Below are positions 1 to 15,730 of a stretch of 64,000 nucleotides of DNA, one piece after another; positions within the stretch are counted from its first letter, which is position 1, and each line of letters begins with the position of its first letter. Under the pieces are notes generated by a model, which ran no database searches, had not been told where the DNA came from, and worked only from the letters and a program-made list of their open reading frames with translations. Origin of the DNA: the human T2T-CHM13v2.0 reference genome, Homo sapiens; assembly GCF_009914755.1 (NCBI RefSeq), contig NC_060939.1; one strand, written 5' to 3'. The position numbers and the translations under genes were made by a program.

Positions 1-360
1 TCTGACAAAACAGACTTTAAACCAACAAAGATTTAAAAAAAGACAAAGGAGGACATTACATAATGGTAACGAGTTCAATTCAACAAGAAGATCTAACTAT
101 CCTAAATATATATGCACCCAACACAGGAACACCTAGATTCATAAACCAAGTTCTTAGAAACCTTGAAGAGACTTAGAGTCTCAAATAATAATAGTGGGGG
201 ACTTTAACACCCCACTGACAATATTAGACAGAAAATTAACAAAGATATTGAGGACCTGAGCTGAGCACTCGATCAAATGGCCCTGATGTCTACAAAACTC
301 TCCACACAAAATAACAGAATATACATTCTCCTCATTGCCACATAGCACATAGTCTAAAGT
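1..360 (+). mobile_element. Older L1 (L1PA8-13-like) ORF2 endonuclease fragment; host of the L1PA4 insertion, continues at 6912
   Basis: Degenerate ORF2 EN sequence ([10 protein letters not shown]..., LNIYAPNTG...). It resumes colinearly at 6912 (ctaaatttgatcatataat...agcaaatgcaaaagaac). Confidence 0.9.
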
Positions 361-594
361 TTTTTTGTTTTGTTTTTCAATTTTTTTTTATTATATTTTA
401 AGTTTTAGGGTACATGTGCACAACATGCAGGATAGTTACGTATGTATACATGTGCCATGTTGGTGTGCTGCACCCATTAACTCATCATTTAACATTAGGT
501 ATATCTCCTAATGCTATCCCTCCCCTCTACCCCCACCCCACAACAGGCCCTAGTGTGTGATGTTCCCCTTCCTGTGTCCACGTGTTGTCATTGT

Positions 595-4415
<3,821 letters not shown>

Positions 4416-4881
4416 TATGATGTTAGCTGGTTATTTTGCTTGTTAGTTGATGGGACTATGTGAAAAGACCAAATCTACTTTTGATTGGTGTACCTGAAAC
4501 TAACGGGGAGAATGGAACCAAATTGGAAAATACTCTGCAGGATATTATCCAGGAGAATTTCCCCAATCTAGCAAGGCAGGCCAACATTCAAATTCAGGAA
4601 ATACAGAGAATGCCACAAGGATACTCCTTGAGGAGAGCAACTCCAAGACACATATCCTGCAGAGTGTTTTCCAAGTTGGTTCCATTCTCCCCGTTAGTTT
4701 CAGGTACACCAATCAAAAGTAGATTTGGTCTTTTCACATAGTCCCATCAACTAACAAGCAAAATAACCAGCTAACATCATAATGACAGGATCAAATTCAC
4801 ACATAACAATATTAACCTTAAATGTAAATGGGCTAAATGCTCCATTGTTGGTTTGCAGTTTCTTCCTAGCCTCGATGGTCT

Positions 4882-5887
4882 TTACAATTTGGCATGTTTT
4901 TGCAGTGGCTGGTACTGGTTGTTCCTTTCCATGTTTAGTGTTTCCTTCAGGAGCTCTTTTAGGGCAGGCCTGGTGGTGAAAAAATCTCTCAGCATTTGCT
5001 TGTCTCTAAAGTATTTTATTTCTCCTTCACTTATGAAGCTTAGTTTGTCTGGATATGAAATTCTGGGTTGAAAATTCTTTTCCTTAAGAATGTTGAATAT
5101 TGGCCCCCACTCTCTTCTGGCTTGTAGAGTTTCTGCTGAGAGATCAGCTGTTAGTCTGATGGGCTTCCCTTTGTAGGTAACCCGACCTTTCTCTCTGGCT
5201 GCCCTTAACATTTTTTCCTTCATTTCAACTTTGGTGAATCTGACAATTATGTGTCTTGGAGTTGCTCTCCTCAAGGAGTATCCTTGTGGCATTCTCTGTA
5301 TTTCCTGAATTTGAATGTTGGCCTGCCTTGCTAGATTGGGGAAATTCTCCTGGATAATATCCTGCAGAGTGTTTTCCAAGTTGGTTCCATTCTCCCCGTT
5401 AGTTTCAGGTACACCAATCAAAAGTAGATTTGGTCTTTTCACATAGTCCCATATTTCTTGGTGGCTTTTTTCGTTTCTTTTTATTCTTTTTTCTCTAAAC
5501 TTCTCACTTCATTTCATTCGATCTTGAATCACTGATACCCTTTCTTCAGTTGATCGAATCGGCTACTGAGGCTTGTGCATTCATCACGTAGTTCTCATGC
5601 CATGGTTTTCAGCTCCGTCAGGTCCTTTAAGGACTTCTCTTCACTGGTTATTCTAGTTAGCCATTCGTCTAATTTTCTTCAAGGTTTTTAACTTCTTTGC
5701 CATGAGTTCGAACTTATTCCTTTAGCTCAGAGTAGTTTGATCATCTGAAGCCTTCTTCTCTCAACTCGTCAAAGTCATTCTCCATCCAGCTTTGTTCCAT
5801 TGCTGGTGAGGAGCTGTGTTCCTTTGGAGGAGGAGAGGTGCTCTGATTTTTAGAGTTTCCAGTTTTTCTGCTCTGTTTTTTCCCCAT
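4882..5887 (-). pseudogene. L1 ORF1p, disrupted (C-terminal 186 aa open)
   Basis: ATGGGGAAAAAAC start at 5887 on the minus strand; ORF track 4882-5442 ends ...QPLQKHAKL. Confidence 0.9.
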
Positions 5888-6459
5888 CTTTGTGGTTTTA
5901 TCTACCTTTGGTTTTTGACGATGACGACGTACAGATGGGGTTTTGGTGTGGATGTCCTTTCTGTTTGTTAGTTTTCCTTCTAACAGCCAGGACCCTCAGC
6001 TGCAGGTCTGTTGGAGTTTGCTGGAGGTCCACTCCAAAACTGTTTGCCTGGGTATCAGCAGTGGAGGCTGCAGAACAGCAGATATTGGTGAACAGCAAAT
6101 GTTCTGCCTGATCGTTCCTCTGGAAGTTTTGTCTCAGAGGAATACCCGGCCGTGTGAGGTACCAGTCTGCCCCTACTGGGGGGTGCCTCCCAGTTAGGCT
6201 ACTCGGGGGTCAGGGACCCACTTGAGGTGGCAGTCTGTCCATTCTTAGCTCTCCAGCTGCATGCTGGGAGAACCACTACTCTCTTCAAAGCTGTCAGACA
6301 GGGACATTTAAGACTGCAGAGGTTTCTGTTGCCTTTTGTTTGGCTATGCCCTGCCCCCAGAGGTGGAGTCTACAGAGGCAGGTAGGCCTCCTTGAGCTGT
6401 GGTGGGCTCCACCCAGTTGGAGTTCCCAGCCACTTTGTTTACCTACTCAAGCCTTGGCA

Positions 6460-6534
6460 ATGTCGGGCGCTCCTCCCCCAGCCTCGCTGCCACCTTGCTG
6501 TTTGATCTCAGACTGCTGTGCTAGCAATGAGTGA
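6460..6534 (+). pseudogene. L1 ORF0 remnant (antisense in the 5'UTR), prematurely terminated
   Basis: MSGAPPPASLPPCCLISDCCASNE* matches the primate ORF0 N-terminus; the ORF0-like frame continues at 6541 (GVGPSEP...RVGVTRFSRC). Confidence 0.8.
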
Positions 6535-6891
6535 GGCTCCATGGGTGTAGGACCCTCTGAGCCATGTGCAGGATATAATCTCCTGGTGTGCCGTTTGCTA
6601 AGACCGTTGGAAAAGTGCAGCATTAGGGTGGGAGTGACCCGATTTTCCAGGTGCCATCTGTCACCTCTTTCTTTGACTTGGAAAGGGAATTCCCTGACCC
6701 CTTGTGTTTCCTGGGTGAGGCAATGCCTTGCCCTGCTTTGGCTCACACTTGGTGTGTTGCACCCACTGTCCTGCACCCACTTTCCGACACTCCCCAGTGA
6801 GATGAACCTGGTACCTCAGTCAGAAATGCAGAAATCACCCACCTTCTGTGTTGCTCATGCTGGGAGGTGTAGACTGGAGCTGTTCCTATTT

Positions 6892-6901
6892 GGCCATCTT
6901 G
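6892..6901 (-). promoter_or_regulatory. YY1 site of the L1 5'UTR promoter (CAAGATGGCC), intact
   Basis: ggccatcttg at 6892-6901, about 10-20 nt inside the L1 5' end. Confidence 0.75.
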
Positions 6902-6911
6902 GCTCCACTCC

Positions 6912-9540
6912 CTAAATTTGATCATATAATCTAAAGTAAAACACTCCTCAGCAAATGCAAAAGAACTAAAATCATAACAAACAGTCTTTCAGACCACAGC
7001 ACAATTAAATTAGAAATCAAGACTATGAAATTCATTCAAAACTATAGAATTACATGGAAATTGAATAACCTGCTCCTGAATGATTTTGGGGGTAATAAAA
7101 TTAAGGCAGAAATCCAGAAGTTCTTTGAAACCAGTGAGAACAAAGATACAACACACCAGAATCTCTGGGACACAGCTTAGGCAGTGTTAAGATGGAAATT
7201 TATAGCACTAAATGTCCACATCAGAAAGTTAGAAAGATCTCAAGTTAACAACCAAACATTGCAACTAAAAGAACTAGAGAACCAAGAGCAAATGAATCCC
7301 AAAGCTATCAGAAGACAATAAATAGCCAAAACTGGAGCAGAAGTGAAGGAAATTGGGACATGAAAAAAAAAAAAAAGGCTGGGTGCGGTGGTTCACGCCT
7401 GTAATCCCAGCACTTTGGGAGGCTGAGGTGGACGGATCACGAGGTCAGGAGATCGGGACCATCCTGGCTAACATGGTGAAACCGCGTCTCTACTAAAAAT
7501 ACAAAAAATTAGCTGGGCAAGGTGGTGGGCACCTGTAGTCTCAGCTACTCAGGAGGCTGAGGCAGGAGAATGGCATGAATCCCGGGGGGCGGAGCCTACA
7601 GTGAGCCAAAAATCACACCACTGCACTCCAGCCTGGGCAACAGTGAGACTCCGTCTCAAAAAAAAAAAAAAAGAAAAAAAGAAAGAAAAAAAAATTCAAA
7701 AGACCAACAAATCCAGGAGCCGTTTTTTGGAAAAATTAATAAAATAGACTACTAGTTAGACTAACAAAGAAGAAAAGAGAGAATATTAAAATAAACACAA
7801 TCGGAAATAACAAGGGGCATATTACCACTGACCCTAGAGAAATATAAACAACCATCAGAGAATATTATGAACACCTCTATGCGAACAAAATAGAAAGTCT
7901 AGGAGAAATGGATAAATTCCTGGACACATACACCCTCCCAAGACTGAACCAGGAAGAAACTGAATCCCTGAACAAACCAATAATGAGCTCTGAAATTGAG
8001 GCACTAATAAATAGCCTAGCAACAAAAAAATCCCAGGACCAGATGGATTCACAGCTGAATTCTACCAGAGGTACAAAGAAGAGCTGGTACCATTCCTACT
8101 TAAACTATTCCGAAAATTGAGGAGAGACTCCTCCCTAAATCATTCTATGAGGCCAGCATCATCCTGATAATGAAACCTGGCAGAAATACAACAAAAAAAG
8201 AAAACTTCAGGCCAATATCCTTGATGAACATAAATGCAAAAATCCACATCAAAATACTGGCAAACTAAATCCAGCAGCACATCAAAAAGCTTATCCACCA
8301 TGATCAAGTAGGCTTTATCCCTGGGATGCAAGGTTGGTTCAACATAGGTAAATCAATAAATTCTATTCATCACATTAATGGAATTGAAGACAAAAACCAC
8401 ATGATTATCTCAATAGATGCAGAAAAGGCTTTTGATAAAATTCAACATTGCTTCATGTTAAAAACTCCTAATAAACTAGGTATTGAAGAAACATACCTCA
8501 AAATAATAAGAGCCATATATGACAAACCCACAGCCAACATTATACTGAATGGACAAAAGCTGGAAGCATTCCCTTGAAAACCGGCCCAAGACAATTATAC
8601 CCTCTCTCACCACTCCTGCTCAATATAGTACTTGAAGTCGTGGCCAGGGAAATCAGGCAAGAGAACAAAATAAAGGGCATTCAAATAGAGAGAGAGGAAG
8701 TCGAACTATCCCTGTTTGTAGCCAACATGATCCTATAGGTAGAAAGTCCCATGGTCTCAGCCAAAAAGTTTCTTAAGCTGATAAACAACTTCATCAAAGT
8801 CTTAGGATGCAAAGTCAATGTGCAAAGATCACTAGTATTCCTAAATACCAGCAACAGTCAAGCCAAGAGCCAAATCAGGAACAAACTCCCATTCATAGTT
8901 GACACAAAAAGAATAAAATACCTAGGAATACAGCTAACTAAGGAAGTGAAAGATAGATCTCTACAGTAAGAACTACAAACCACTGCTCAAAAAAATCAGA
9001 GATTACACAAACAAATGGAAAAACATTCCACGCTCATGGATAGGAACAATCATTATTGTGAACATGGCCATATTGCCCAAAGTAATTTATAGATTCAATG
9101 CTATTCATATTTAACTATCATTGAGATTGTTCACAGAACTAGAAAAAACTATTTTAAAATTCATATGGAACCAAAAAAGAGCCTGAACAGCCACGGCAAT
9201 CCAGAGCAAAAAGAACAAAGCTGGAGGCATCACACTACCCAACTTCAAACTATACTACAGGGCTACAGTAACCAAAACAGTATGGTACTGGTACAAAAAC
9301 AGACATGTAGACCAATGAAACAGAATAGAGAACCCAGAAATAAGACCACACATTTACAACTATCTGATCTTTGACAAAGCTGACGAAAACAAACAATGGG
9401 GAAAACATTCCCTATTCGATAAATGGTGCTGGGATAACTGGCTAGCCATATGCAGAAGATCAAAACTGGACCCCTTCCTTACACCATATACAAAAATTAA
9501 CTTAAGATGAATTAAAGACTTAAATGTAAAACCCAAAACT
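6912..9540 (+). mobile_element. Older L1 (L1PA8-13-like) ORF2 continuation, 3'-truncated at 9540
   Basis: ORF2 fragments [17 protein letters not shown] and [12 protein letters not shown]...; ends abruptly at acccaaaact with no 3'UTR. Confidence 0.9.
7377..7693 (+). mobile_element. AluY, Ye-lineage-like
   Basis: Full dimer with A-tail; gagatc...catcctggctaac (Y) plus cccggggggcggagcct and gggcaaggtgg (Ye-type features, recalled). Confidence 0.85.
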
Positions 9541-12500
9541 AGGCATGCCTCTGGACACTTGGTGGCCACCCCCTGGACCCTCCCTCAAGCGCTGGTGTTT
9601 GGGCCTGCCATTGGGTAACCTGTAGGTGGATCTGTTCAGTCTGGTCCCACCCATCTTGGTCCCCCTCTATGAGGTTGAGCAGAGAGCTCAAACCACTGTG
9701 TACTTCACAGATTAGCCCACTGCCTGTAGCAACTGAGACCTTCTCTCAGTAAACAAGGATCAAATATATACCCCTGTGTTGGCCACAGCCAGCTCTTACT
9801 AGCTATCTACAAGCCTCTAGGTTGAACCACACAGTCCAATATGAAACCAGCTCACAGAAGTACACAGGGCTAGAGAAGCAAAGTCAAAAGGCTCTACCCA
9901 ACATTCTCTATAGTCACATTCCCTTGGATGGGGGAAGAAAACAACAAAGGAGAAAAACAATAATAATATTGGAAAGGAAAGGAAAGGAAACAAAAGGAAA
10001 GGAAAGGAGAAAGGAGAAAGGGGAGACAGAGGAGAAAGGAGAAAGGAAAGGGGAAAGGAAAGGAAAGGGGAAAGGAAAGGAAAGGGAAAAGGAAAAGGGA
10101 AGGGAAAGGAAAAGGGAAAGGATTCTATCCACATGAAAATAATTACAAAACTTAAAAGTGCCAACATCTCCAGATGAGAAGGAACCAGCATAAAAATTCT
10201 GGCACCATGAAAAAATCTGAATACTGTGACACTATTTGTTAATTTGAGATCTTTCTAGCTCTCCAGCAATGGTCACTAACCAAAATGGAAATTCAGAAAT
10301 GACAAATAAAGAATTCACAGCATGGGTATCAAGGAAGCTCGATAAATTTCAAGACAAGGTTGAAAATCTACACAAAGAAACTTCTAAACAATCCAGGAAA
10401 TGAAGGAAGAGATAAACATCTTTAAAAAATCAATCAGAGCTTCTGAACTTAAAAAATTCACATAAGGAATTTCTCAATACAATTGAAAACTTTATCAATA
10501 GAGTAGACCAAGTAGAAGAAAAAATTTCAGAGCTTGAAGATCAATCTGTCAAACTAATCCATTCAGAAAATAAAAATAAGAATTTTAAAAAATAAACAAG
10601 TCTTTGAGAAAGGTAGGATTATATAAAGTGAAAAAATCTACAAATTATTGGCATTCCTGAGAAGGAGAAAAGGTAAACAACCTGGAAAACCTATTTGAGG
10701 GAATAATCCAAGAAAATTTCCCTAATCTTGCTAGACGGGTAGACATCCAGGTACAAGAAATACATATAATATCAGCAAGATACTATACAAAACAATCATC
10801 ACCAAGGCATAAAGTGACAAGACTGCCCCAAGTCAACACTAAGGAAAAAATCCTAAGGGCAGCTAGAGAAAAAGGTTAGATGACCTACAAAGGGAGCCTC
10901 ATCAGGATAACAACAGACTTCTTAGCAGAAGAAAGCTTACACAAGTCAGAAGAGATTGGGGGCCTACTCAGCATTCTTAAAGAACACAAATTCCAACCAA
11001 GAATTTTATATCCCATCAAACTAAGCTCCATAAACAAAGGAAAAATAAAATCTTTTCCAGACTAGCAGCTACTAAGGTAAATTTTTACCACTAGACCACC
11101 CTAACAAGAGATCCTCAAGGTTTTAAACATGGAAACTAAAGAACTGTATCTGCTACCACAAAAACACACTTAAGTACATAGTCCACAAACCCTATAAAGC
11201 AACTACACAATAGATACTGCAAAGCAACCAGCTAACAACTTCACAATAGGATGAAAACCTCACATAGCAATGCTAACTTTGAATGTAAATGGTCTAACTG
11301 CCCCATCAGAAAGGCACAGAGTGGCAAGTTAAATTAAAAAAGAAAGCAAGATCTATCCATCTTCTATCTTCAAAAGGCCCATCTTACACTTAATGATATC
11401 CATGGGCACAGAGGAAAGGATTGGAGAAAGATCTATTACAACAAACAGGAAAAAAAAGAACATGGTTTGCTATTCTTGTATCAGATAGACTTGAAATCAA
11501 CAACAGTAAAAAAGGACAAAGAAAGGCATTACACAGTGATAAAAGGTTTAATTCAACAAAAAGATTTAATTATCCTAAATATATATGCACTTAATATTGG
11601 AGTACTCAGATTCATAAAACAAGTACTTCTAGACCTATGAAAAAACTTAGATATCCACACATTAATAGTGAGGGACTTCAACATCCCACTCAAAGTGTTA
11701 GATCATCAAGACATAAAATTAACAAAGAAATTCTGGACTTAAATCAATTTGGCCAATTGTACCTAATAGACATCTACAGACTACTTCACCCATCAACCAT
11801 AGAATATACATTCTTATCTGTATGTGGAACATAATTTAAGATCAACCACATGCTTGGTCATAAACCAAGTCTCAACACATTTTTAAAAATTGAAATCATA
11901 CCAACTTACCTTGGACCACAGTGGAATAAAAATAGAAATAAATACCAAGAAGATCCCTCAAAAACCACACAATTAAATGGAAATTAAACAACTTGCTCCT
12001 GAATGACTTTTGGGTAAACAACAACATTAAGGCAAAAATAGAAATCCTTTTAAGTAACTGAAAACAGAGACACAACATATCAGAATCTCTGGCATGTAGC
12101 AAAAGCAGTGTTAAGAGGAAAGCTTTTCACACTAAACACCTACATAAAGAAGTTAGATCTCACATTAACAATCTAACATCACATCTAGAGGAACTAGAAA
12201 AACTGGAGCAAACTAAGCCCAAAGCTAGCAGAAAATTTTTTTAAAAAGCTATAATCAGAGCAGAACTGAAGGAAATTGATATCCAAAAATTCATCCAAAG
12301 AATTAACAAAACTAAGAGTTTGTCTTTTGAAAGGATAAACGAGATCAATAGAATGCTAGCTAGATTAACAAAGAAAAAAGAGAGAAGTTCCAAATAAGCA
12401 CAATCAGAAACAACAAAGGTGACATTACAACCAATCCCACAGAAATGCAAAAGATCCCAGAGACTATTATTAACACTTCTATGCACATAAACTAGAAAAT

Positions 12501-14625
12501 CTAGAGGAAACGGAAACACACAACCTGCCAAGATTGAATCAGGAAGAAACTGAAACTGCAAACAGATCGATATAGGGTTCCAAAATTGAATCCATCATAA
12601 AAAAAAATTGCCAACCAAAAAAAGCCCTGGGCCAGAGGGATTCATATCCAATTCTACCAGATGTACAGAGAACTGGTATCAATTCTACTGAAACTATTCC
12701 AATAAATCAAGGAGAAGGGACTCCTCCCTAACTTATTCTACAAAGCTAGCATCACCCTGATACCAAAACCTAGCAAAGACACAATGAAAAAAGAAAACTA
12801 CAGGCTAGTATCCCTGATGGACATAGATGCAACCTATGTTGAGGAACCTAGTAGTCCTCAACAAAATATTAGCAAATCAATCAAACAGCACATTAAAAAG
12901 GTAATTCACCATAATCAAGTAGGCTTTATTCATGGTATGCAAGTTTGGTTCAACATACTCAAATCAATACATTTGATTCACCACATAAAGAGAATTAAAA
13001 ACAAAGCCCATATGATTTCTCAATAGATGCAGAGAAAGATTTTGATAAAATTCCACATCCCTTAGTGGCTATGAACTTTCAACAAACTAGGCATTGAAGA
13101 ACATGCCTCAAAATAGTAAGAGCCATCTATGGCAAACTCATATCCAACATCATACTGAATGAGCAAAAGCTGGAACCACTATCCTTGAGAACAAGAACAA
13201 GAAAAGGATGCCCAATCCCACTCCACTGCTTCTATTCAACACAGTACTGGAAGTCCTAGTCAGAGTAATCAAGCAAGAGAAAGCAATAAAAGGCATGAAA
13301 ATAGGAAAAGAAGAATTCAAATTATCTCTCTTCACTGATGGTATGATTCTATACCTAGAAAACCCTAAAGACTGCCAAAAGGCTCCTAAACCTGACAAAT
13401 AACTTCAGTAAAGTTGCAGGACACAAAAGCAATGTACAAAAACCAGTAGCATTTCTATACAGCAGTAACATTTAAACTGAGAGCCAAGTCAAGGACACAA
13501 TCCCATTTACAATAGCCATGCACACAAAAAATACCTAGGAATATATCTAACCAAGGAAGTGCAAGATCTCTACAAGGAGAACTACAAAACACTGCTGAAA
13601 GAAGTCAGAGATGACACAAACAAATGGAAAAACATTCTATGATCATGAATTAGAACAATCAGTATCATTAAAATGGCCACACTGTCCAAAGTATTCTATA
13701 GATTCAACACTATTCCTTTCAAACTACCAACATAATTTTTCACAGAATTATGAGAAACTATTCTAAAATTCATATGGCACCAAAAAAGAGCCCCAAAGCC
13801 AAAGCAATCCTAAGCAAAAAAACAAAAAACAAAGCCAGAGGCATCATGTTAGTTGACTTCAAACTACACTACAAGTCTACAGTAACCAAAACAGCATGAT
13901 GCTGGTACAAAAACAGACACACAGACCAATGGAACACAATTGAGAAACTAGTAATAAAGCTGCACTCCTATAACTATCTAAGCCATCTAAAGTTGGCAAA
14001 AATAAGCAATCTTAATAACCATCTAAACTCAGCAAAAATAAGCAATGGGGAAAGAATTCCCTATTTAATAAATGGTGCTGGAATAACTGGCTAGCCATAT
14101 GCAGAAGAATGAAACTGGACCCCTACCTTTTTACCATACACAAAAATTAACTCAAGATGGATTAAAGATTTAAATCTATAACCTCAAACTATAAAAATCC
14201 TAGAAGAAAACCAAGGAAATAACATTCTGGACGTCAGCCTTGGCAAAGACTTTATGACTAAGTCCTCAAAACCAATTGCAACAAAACCAAAAATTGACAA
14301 GTGGGACCTAATTAAACTAAAGAGCTTTTGCACAGCAAAGGAAACTATCAACAGGGTAAACTGACAGTCCACAGAATGGGAGAAAATATTTGCCAACCAT
14401 CCATCCAACAAAGGTCTATCTGGAATCTGTAAGGAATTTAAATGACTTAAAAAGCCAAAACCAAATAATCCCATTAAAAAGTGCAAGAAGGACATGAACA
14501 GACACTTGTCAAAAGAAGACATACATGCAGCCAACACACATATGAAAAAATGCTCAACATCATTAGTCATCAGAGAAATACAAATCAAAACCACAATGAG
14601 ATACCATTTCACATCACTCAGAATT
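9541..14625 (+). mobile_element. Old primate L1 (L1PA15-16 / L1P4-like): partial 5'UTR, ORF1 and ORF2; 3' end missing
   Basis: ORF1-like MTYKGSLIRITTDF..., ORF2-like [16 protein letters not shown] and [14 protein letters not shown]; many stops. Confidence 0.85.
9971..10121. repeat. (GGAAA)n-type purine-rich simple repeat
   Basis: About 150 bp of almost pure G/A (ggaaaggaaaggaaag...). Confidence 0.95.
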
Positions 14626-15730
14626 ACTATTTGGAGAAAAACAAATCTGGATCCCCACCTTACACCATACACAAAAGCGAACTTCAGATCAGTGAGTCCT
14701 AAGTATATAAAAGAGTAAAATGATACAGCCAGTAGAAGAAAATGAAAAAGAGAGTCTTTGTTCACTCAGGAGTTAGAGGGAACATAAGCAAGAGCTAAAA
14801 TGTTTACATTATAAAGACAAAAAAATCATATGGATCTGACTTTATCAAAGTTGAGTATTTCTGTTTGATGAAGAACACTACAGATAATATTACCAGGTGA
14901 CACCCTGGGAAAAGATATGTGCAATGATTAAAGAAGCCAAGAGGTTAATATCTAAATACATGAAGAATACCTGCAAATAAATATGGAATAGAAAGGAAAC
15001 CCAGCAGAAAAATAGGGACAAATGACAAATGAGAAATTCACATAAAAGGAAATTGGAACAGTTACCAAATCATTGAAGAGATGTTCAACCACATTAGTGG
15101 TCAGAAGAATATATAGTAAAAATGAGATGCCACTTGACAAACATAAGTTTGTCAAAAACTACAAAGTTAGAAAATGTAATATGTTGGTGGGGATGAAAGG
15201 ATATGGTACTCTCGTGTATTTTTAGTGGGAATGTAAACTGGACTAGCTATTCTCCAGAGAGCAATCTGCCAGCAACTGTGGAAACCAATTCTTCATACAG
15301 CTTATACCTGCAACCCCAGTCTTGATTCCTGCACAGATCCATAAAGGAATGTATAAGAAGATGTTGATTGTTAAGGTGTTTGTTCTAGAAAGCAGTGAAC
15401 CTCTTGCTCAACTTTAAGGGAATAAATCAGAGAATGTGAACAGATTCTGTGGGATATTAGACACAAATAGAAAGCAATAAATTAAATAGACATACAGCCA
15501 TAGGATAGGCCATAAAACACTGTTGAATGAAAAAAAAATTTACGTTACAATATAATTAGTATGTGTTTAAAGCACAAACACATACCAAAGAGCACAGCAT
15601 AAATTACAAGGATATATAAATATCTGAGGACATCTGCCAAGTCCATCAGAGTAGACGCCTCTATGGGAAGCAAAGAATGGGTGTGGGGATCATGATTGAA
15701 GGAAAAACATGAAATGAAAATAAAATATAA
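14626..15730 (+). mobile_element. Ancient L1M ORF2 3' end / 3'UTR fragment
   Basis: Highly diverged ORF2 C-terminal motifs (ctggatccccaccttacaccatacaca; gttggtggggatg...gggaatgtaaactgg). Confidence 0.65.

Noticed and set aside
4460-4979. Plus-strand ORFs beginning like L1 ORF1 (MKRPNLLLIG...) and ORF2 (MTGSNSH...), suggesting a second nested L1 or a new chimeric gene
   Set aside because: They are by-products of the local inverted copies; there is no tail, TSD or independent element.
9817-10191. Hydrophobic or K/E/R-rich ORFs of 104-124 aa
   Set aside because: Translations of the (GGAAA)n simple repeat.
14184-14765. 193-aa hydrophobic minus-strand ORF resembling a membrane protein
   Set aside because: Antisense reading of A-rich L1 ORF2, a common artefact.
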